Assembly (NCBI GenBank): GCA_963807635.1
Contig: CAWEDJ010000072.1
Span: 1-11,887 of the forward strand
DNA from: an uncultured cyanobacterium
GTDB taxonomy: Bacteria; Cyanobacteriota; Cyanobacteriia; Cyanobacteriales; Microcystaceae
Direction: 5' to 3'
Length of the DNA stretch: 11,887 bases
Within the stretch, counting starts at the first letter, position 1. Each line of letters begins with the position of its first letter. This document shows positions 7,542 to 11,887 of this stretch, piece by piece. Made by a program: the position numbers and the translations under genes. The notes below the pieces were generated by a model. It did not search any database. It was not told the origin of the DNA and was given only the letters and a program-made list of their open reading frames with translations.

Positions 7542-9617
7542 ATGCCAAAACAAATTATTATTGCCGAGCAACATCAAATCGCGGCCGTTTTCTGGGAAGA
7601 CCAAATTCAAGAATTAGTCGTTTCTACGGGAACTCAACAGGTCAGCGATATTTATTTAGGATTAGTTGAAAATATTATTCCAGGCATTGATGCCGCCTTT
7701 GTTAATATTGGCGATGCCGAAAAAAATGGCTTTATCCATGTGACTGATCTGGCCCTCTGCGTTTAAAAAAATCGGCTGGAGCCATTACTGAACTGTTGAC
7801 CCCCCAGCAAAAAGTGTTAGTCCAGGTAATGAAGGAACCCACAGGGAATAAGGGGCCACGCCTGACGGGAAATATCAGTTTACCGGGTCGTTATTTGGTT
7901 CTCATTCCTTCAGGAAAAGGGGTCAATCTTTCCCGCCGCATCCGCAGCGAAGAAGAGCGCAATCGTCTCCGCGCCCTCGCCATTTTAACCAAACCCCCAG
8001 GGATGGGATTATTAATCCGCACGGAAGCAGAAGGTAAAACGGAAGAAGCCATCATAGAAGATTTGGAATTTCTGCAAAAACAATGGGAAACCATCCAACA
8101 ACAGGCGGTTTCCAGCCGCGCTCCTGCCCTATTAAATCGGGATGATGATTTTATCCAACTCGTTCTGCGGGATATGTTTTCTGCGGATGTCAATCGTATT
8201 GTGACCGATTCCGCATCGGGAATGAAGCGGGTCAAGCAGCATTTGATGAGTTGGGGGCAAGGTCGGGTTCCTGCGGGGGTTTTAATTGATCAGCATCGGG
8301 AATCTCAGTCTATTCTCGATTATTTCCGAGTGAATGCCGCTATTCGAGAGGCTTTGAAGCCCCGTGTAGATTTGCCCTCTGGTGGCTATATTATTATCGA
8401 ACCGACGGAAGCTTTAACTGTTGTTGACGTTAACTCTGGTTCTTTCACTCGTTCTGCCACTTCGAGAGAGACAGTACTGTGGACAAATAGTGAAGCGGCA
8501 ACGGAAATTGCCCGTCAGTTGAGGCTCAGAAATATTGGTGGGGTGATTATTATCGATTTTATCGATATGGATTCCCGTCGAGACCAGTTAAAGTTATTGG
8601 AACATTTTAGCCGTTGTATCAAGGCCGATAAAGCGCGTCCTCAAATCGCCCAACTGTCCGAATTAGGATTGGTTGAGTTAACACGGAAACGTCAGGGGCA
8701 AAATATTTATGAGTTGTTTGGGAAACCTTGCCCGACCTGTGGTGGTTTGGGACATTTGGTAGAGTTACCTGGGGAAACTACCTCGGTTTCTTTGGATGTG
8801 ACGACTTTTAGTCCTCCCAGTTTTAGTCCTTCACCCAAGGCTATGGAAAAACCGATCTTGGATGTGGCTGAATCTGTTGTTGATACGGCGGATTATAATG
8901 CGACTGAAAATAGTCCTGATTTGGATTTGTTATATCATCCCAACTATCGGGAGCAGGGAAATGAGGGCGGAAATCGTCGTCGTCGCCGCCGTCGTGGGCA
9001 GAGAAACGGTTTTAAAGGAAGAAACTCCCCATAAGGTTTTACCCAATCTGCCGAATCTGAGTAAGGTGGTAGAGGCAGAAGAAGAAGTTGAAGAACCTTC
9101 TCCAGAAATTCCTGAAGAACGTCCTGAACGTCGCGAAAGAATTATTCGTCGGGAAGATATTCCTGTGGAGCGGGTATCGGTGGAAATGACTCCCCTAGAG
9201 CAGGATGTTTATGCCCTAATGGGGGTATCGCCCCTCGTTCGTTTAGACCGAGAGTTTCAAGATCCCAAGTCGGTGATTGTGACCGTGCGATCGCTTGGAG
9301 AGCCAGAGGTTATTCCCGATATTGCTGAAAAAACGGCTCCGTCTCTCCGCAAGGAATTTCCCATGAGTGGTAATGATTTCTCCGTAAGCAGTAATGGAAA
9401 GGAGAATGAAAAAGAGTGGGTGACGGCGATCGCCAAAGACTCCAATAATGTGACCAACTTTCTCAATGCGGATCAAGAGATGGAATTGGCTTCAGGGTTT
9501 GTACCAGAAAGTATTGCCCAGGAAGTTAAATCAACCCAGGAGATCGAAGACAACGAAGACTCAGAGCAACCCGTGATTCGTCGCCGTCGTCGTCGTTCGT
9601 CTGCCCAGGAACGCTAA
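7542..9617 (+). CDS. rne: Ribonuclease E (Rne/Rng family), two apparent frameshifts (~7752, ~8998)
   Basis: S1 domain: DIYLGLVENIIPGIDAAFVNIG. Also VQVMKEPTGNKGPRLT, the catalytic VDVNSG, RQLRLRNIGGVIIIDFIDM and the Zn-link CPTCGGLG. The cyanobacterial C-terminal motifs are present: an Arg run, EMTPLEQDVYALMGVSPL and RRRRRRSSA. Confidence 0.97.
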
Positions 9618-10360
9618 TGGATTCGATGGTGCAATTTCAACTCCCTTTCTCTGATTCCCAATTTTACCCGACTCAACTCGATGGATTTCTGTCTGATAAT
9701 CCTGATGCGTTGATTGCGGGAGTGGATGAGGTCGGAAGGGGGTCTTTATTTGGGCCAGTGGTTGCCGCCGCGATCGCTGTCCCGATAGCTTCCCTGTCTG
9801 AATTGATTGCCTTGGGGGTAAAAGATAGTAAGCAACTCTCTTCTGCTAAACGACAAACGCTTTTCCCGTTGATTAAAAATCAGGTAGTCGCTTGGCATAT
9901 TAGCTATGCAACGATCGCCGAAATTGAGGCATTAAATATTCGGCAAGCGTCTTTATTGGCCATGAAACGCTGTTTACAGAAATTATCTATCTCACCCCAA
10001 CACTGTTTAATCGATGGGCGCGATCGCATTCCCGATTTAGATTTACCCCAAACCGCTTTAATTCGAGGGGATCAAATTTCACCCGCGATCGCGGCGGCTA
10101 GTATTTTAGCTAAAGTCTGGCGAGATGAACTAATCCTCAGAATTGCTCCCCGTTATCCTGAATACGATTTAGCGAGAAATAAGGGTTATGGAACCCAAAA
10201 ACACCGCACAGCCCTACAAAAATACGGATTAACGCCCCTACATCGTCCTAGTTTTTGTCGTAAAATTATGCTCAATGCAGATTCGTTTATCAAGCCCCCT
10301 AAATCCCCCAATTCTGGGGGACTTGATGATATTAAAATTGTAAAAAATCGCCTAAGTTAA
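9617..10360 (+). CDS. rnhB: Ribonuclease HII
   Basis: Motifs IAGVDEVGRGSLFGPVVAAA, GVKDSKQL, LIDG, IAAASILAKVWRD, NKGYGT, HRPSF. The start overlaps the rne stop (TAATG). Confidence 0.96.
   Translation: MDSMVQFQLPFSDSQFYPTQLDGFLSDNPDALIAGVDEVGRGSLFGPVVAAAIAVPIASLSELIALGVKDSKQLSSAKRQTLFPLIKNQVVAWHISYATIAEIEALNIRQASLLAMKRCLQKLSISPQHCLIDGRDRIPDLDLPQTALIRGDQISPAIAAASILAKVWRDELILRIAPRYPEYDLARNKGYGTQKHRTALQKYGLTPLHRPSFCRKIMLNADSFIKPPKSPNSGGLDDIKIVKNRLS
10292..10325. repeat. Palindromic dispersed repeat inside the rnhB 3' end
   Basis: AAGCCCCCTAAATCCCCCAATTCTGGGGGACTTG with a TCCCCCA/TGGGGGA stem. A degenerate copy lies at 7047-7076. Confidence 0.75.
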
Positions 10361-10434
10361 AATCGAGTAAGTTTTTTCTGATAGAGTTTTAACGGGAAAT
10401 TTGTGGAGATCGGGGAAATCCTCGAAGCATTTTC

Positions 10435-11689
10435 GTGAAGCATGAATCTCAAGTATTGCAACAAGTCCGAGTGATAGACCCCATTCAGCAAACGGATCGG
10501 ATAGCAGATGTCTGGCTCAGGGGAGATAAAATTCAAGGTATTGAAGCCCATTTGGAGTCTATTCCCGACGAAACAACGGTGATTGATGGTCAAGGTTTGA
10601 TTTTCGCCCTGGCTTAGTGGATCTTTACAGTTACAGTGGTGAACCTGGCTATGAAGAACGAGAAACGTTTCAGAGCTTGTCCTCGGCAGCGATCGCGGGA
10701 GGATTTAGTCAGGTCGCGATTTTGCCCAATATGCAGCCCTCCTTGGATAATCCTTCGACTTTAACGTTAATTCAGCAAAAATTAGCCCGTTTAGACCCTA
10801 AGCAATCGCCTCAATTTCATTTTTGGGGAAATTTAACCTTGGACGGAAAAGGAGAACAGTTAACCGAATTAGCTGAATTAGCCGAGACGGAAATTATCGG
10901 TTTTACGGATGCGAAACCTCTACGCCAGGAAGGTTTATTACAACGAGCCTTGGAATATCTACAACCCCTCAACAAACCCGTTGCCCTGTTTCCCGTGAAT
11001 TTGACCCTACGCGGTAATGGCGTGATGCGAGAAGGGTCTGCTTCTATTCGTTTTGGTTTGCCTGGTGATCCTGTGATGTCCGAATCCTCTGCGATCGCGT
11101 CTATTCTGGAAATGGTGAGCGCGACCCAAACCCCTGTTCATTTAATGCGAATTTCTACCGCACGGGGAGTTGAATTAATCGCTGAGGCTAAATCCCGCAA
11201 TTTACCGATTACCGCCAGTGTTTCCTGGATGCACCTATTACTGAATACGGAAAAAGTCGGTAGTTATAATCCCAATTTTCATCTGAATCCACCCTTGGGA
11301 AATGAACCCGACCGTTTAGCCCTGATTCAAAGCGTTAAAACAGGAATCCTTGACGCGATCGCGGTGGATCATCGAGCTTACACCTACGAAGAAAAAACCC
11401 TAGCCTTTGCCGAATCCCCCCAGGAAGCATTGGATTGGAGTTAGCTTTACCCTGTCTTTGGCAACATTTAGTGGAAACGGGAGATTTAACGGCTTTGGAA
11501 CTCTGGCAAGCCTTAGCAATCAATCCCCTTAAATGTTTAGGATTAACGGAAACCCATGAGCATTATTTACTGTTTGATCCTGCGGCCCATTGGACAGTGG
11601 ATGGGTCGAGTCTGAAAACCTTGGGACGCAATACACCCTGGTTAGGAGAATCTATTCAAGGGAAAGTAACTAGAATGTTTCGGGGTTAA
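10435..11689 (+). CDS. pyrC: Dihydroorotase family protein (multifunctional-complex type, probably non-catalytic PyrC'-like), two apparent frameshifts (~10608, ~11420)
   Basis: Motifs VIDGQGLIFAPGLVDL, GEPGYEERET, AAIAGGFSQVAILPN, LNPPL, DAIAVDH, PPGSIGLE, NTPWLG...GKV. Three ORFs are joined by adding one C to each of two C-runs. Confidence 0.9.
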
Positions 11690-11692
11690 AAA

Positions 11693-11887
11693 CCCACATT
11701 CAGCAGGTTAAATCGTAAAAATGTTATTTTAATCTAAATGAAGTTAAGGTAGGAAAAATGGAAAAAGAGATACAGATAGATGTTCAAGATCGAGACCATT
11801 TGGGAATAATAGCAGGAATTATAGACGAAATAGGAATAGTCGAAATAATAGATAAAGAATTGGGGACTCATTCTCAAAAAAAAGCCA
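11693..11887 (+). mobile_element. IS1634-family element, left end (partial)
   Basis: Begins CCCACATTCAGCAG, which resembles cyanobacterial IS1634 IRs, and is followed by the transposase start. Confidence 0.75.
11758..11887 (+). CDS. IS1634-family transposase N-terminus (DUF4277-like), partial
   Basis: MEKEIQIDVQDRDHLGIIAGIIDEIGIVEIIDKELGTHSQKK carries the DHLGIIAGIIDEIG signature. An AGG-rich RBS lies upstream. Confidence 0.88.
   Translation, partial: MEKEIQIDVQDRDHLGIIAGIIDEIGIVEIIDKELGTHSQKKA

Larger units (their letters stand above)
2343..11362. repeat. HIP1 octamer GCGATCGC, 13 dispersed copies
   Basis: Counted by eye at starts 2343, 3565, 3696, 4104, 4745, 9287, 9426, 9770, 10020, 10085, 10689, 11091 and 11355. 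Confidence 0.9.

Noticed and set aside
3789..11523. Remaining small antisense or out-of-frame ORFs inside prfC, rne and pyrC
   Set aside because: They overlap well-supported genes and have no independent evidence.

Overview
Cyanobacterial chromosomal window: 13 HIP1 GCGATCGC octamers, a cyanobacterial-type RNase E, and rne-rnhB linkage. The left 2.3 kb is a nest of insertion sequences. An IS701-family element has its left end split by a complete 1707-bp element (610-2316) with 23-bp imperfect terminal inverted repeats and a perfect 8-bp target duplication. That element encodes a DUF6399-like protein with ISL3/Mutator-type DDE motifs. The IS701 ORF may also be cut at the window edge by a third IS. 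Next is a DUF433/DUF5615(PIN)-like toxin-antitoxin pair whose toxin is internally deleted. It is followed by prfC, a small MITE-like repeat, a probable small membrane protein and a REC-HisKA-HATPase hybrid kinase. A ~1.26-kb intergenic region, probably a long structured rne leader invaded by palindromic repeats, precedes rne, rnhB, a dihydroorotase homologue lacking metal-binding histidines (PyrC'-like) and the start of an IS1634-family element. About 11 single-base frameshifts, many at C/G runs and some in core genes, are best explained as sequencing/assembly indels. Family names come from motif recognition by eye, not from database searches.
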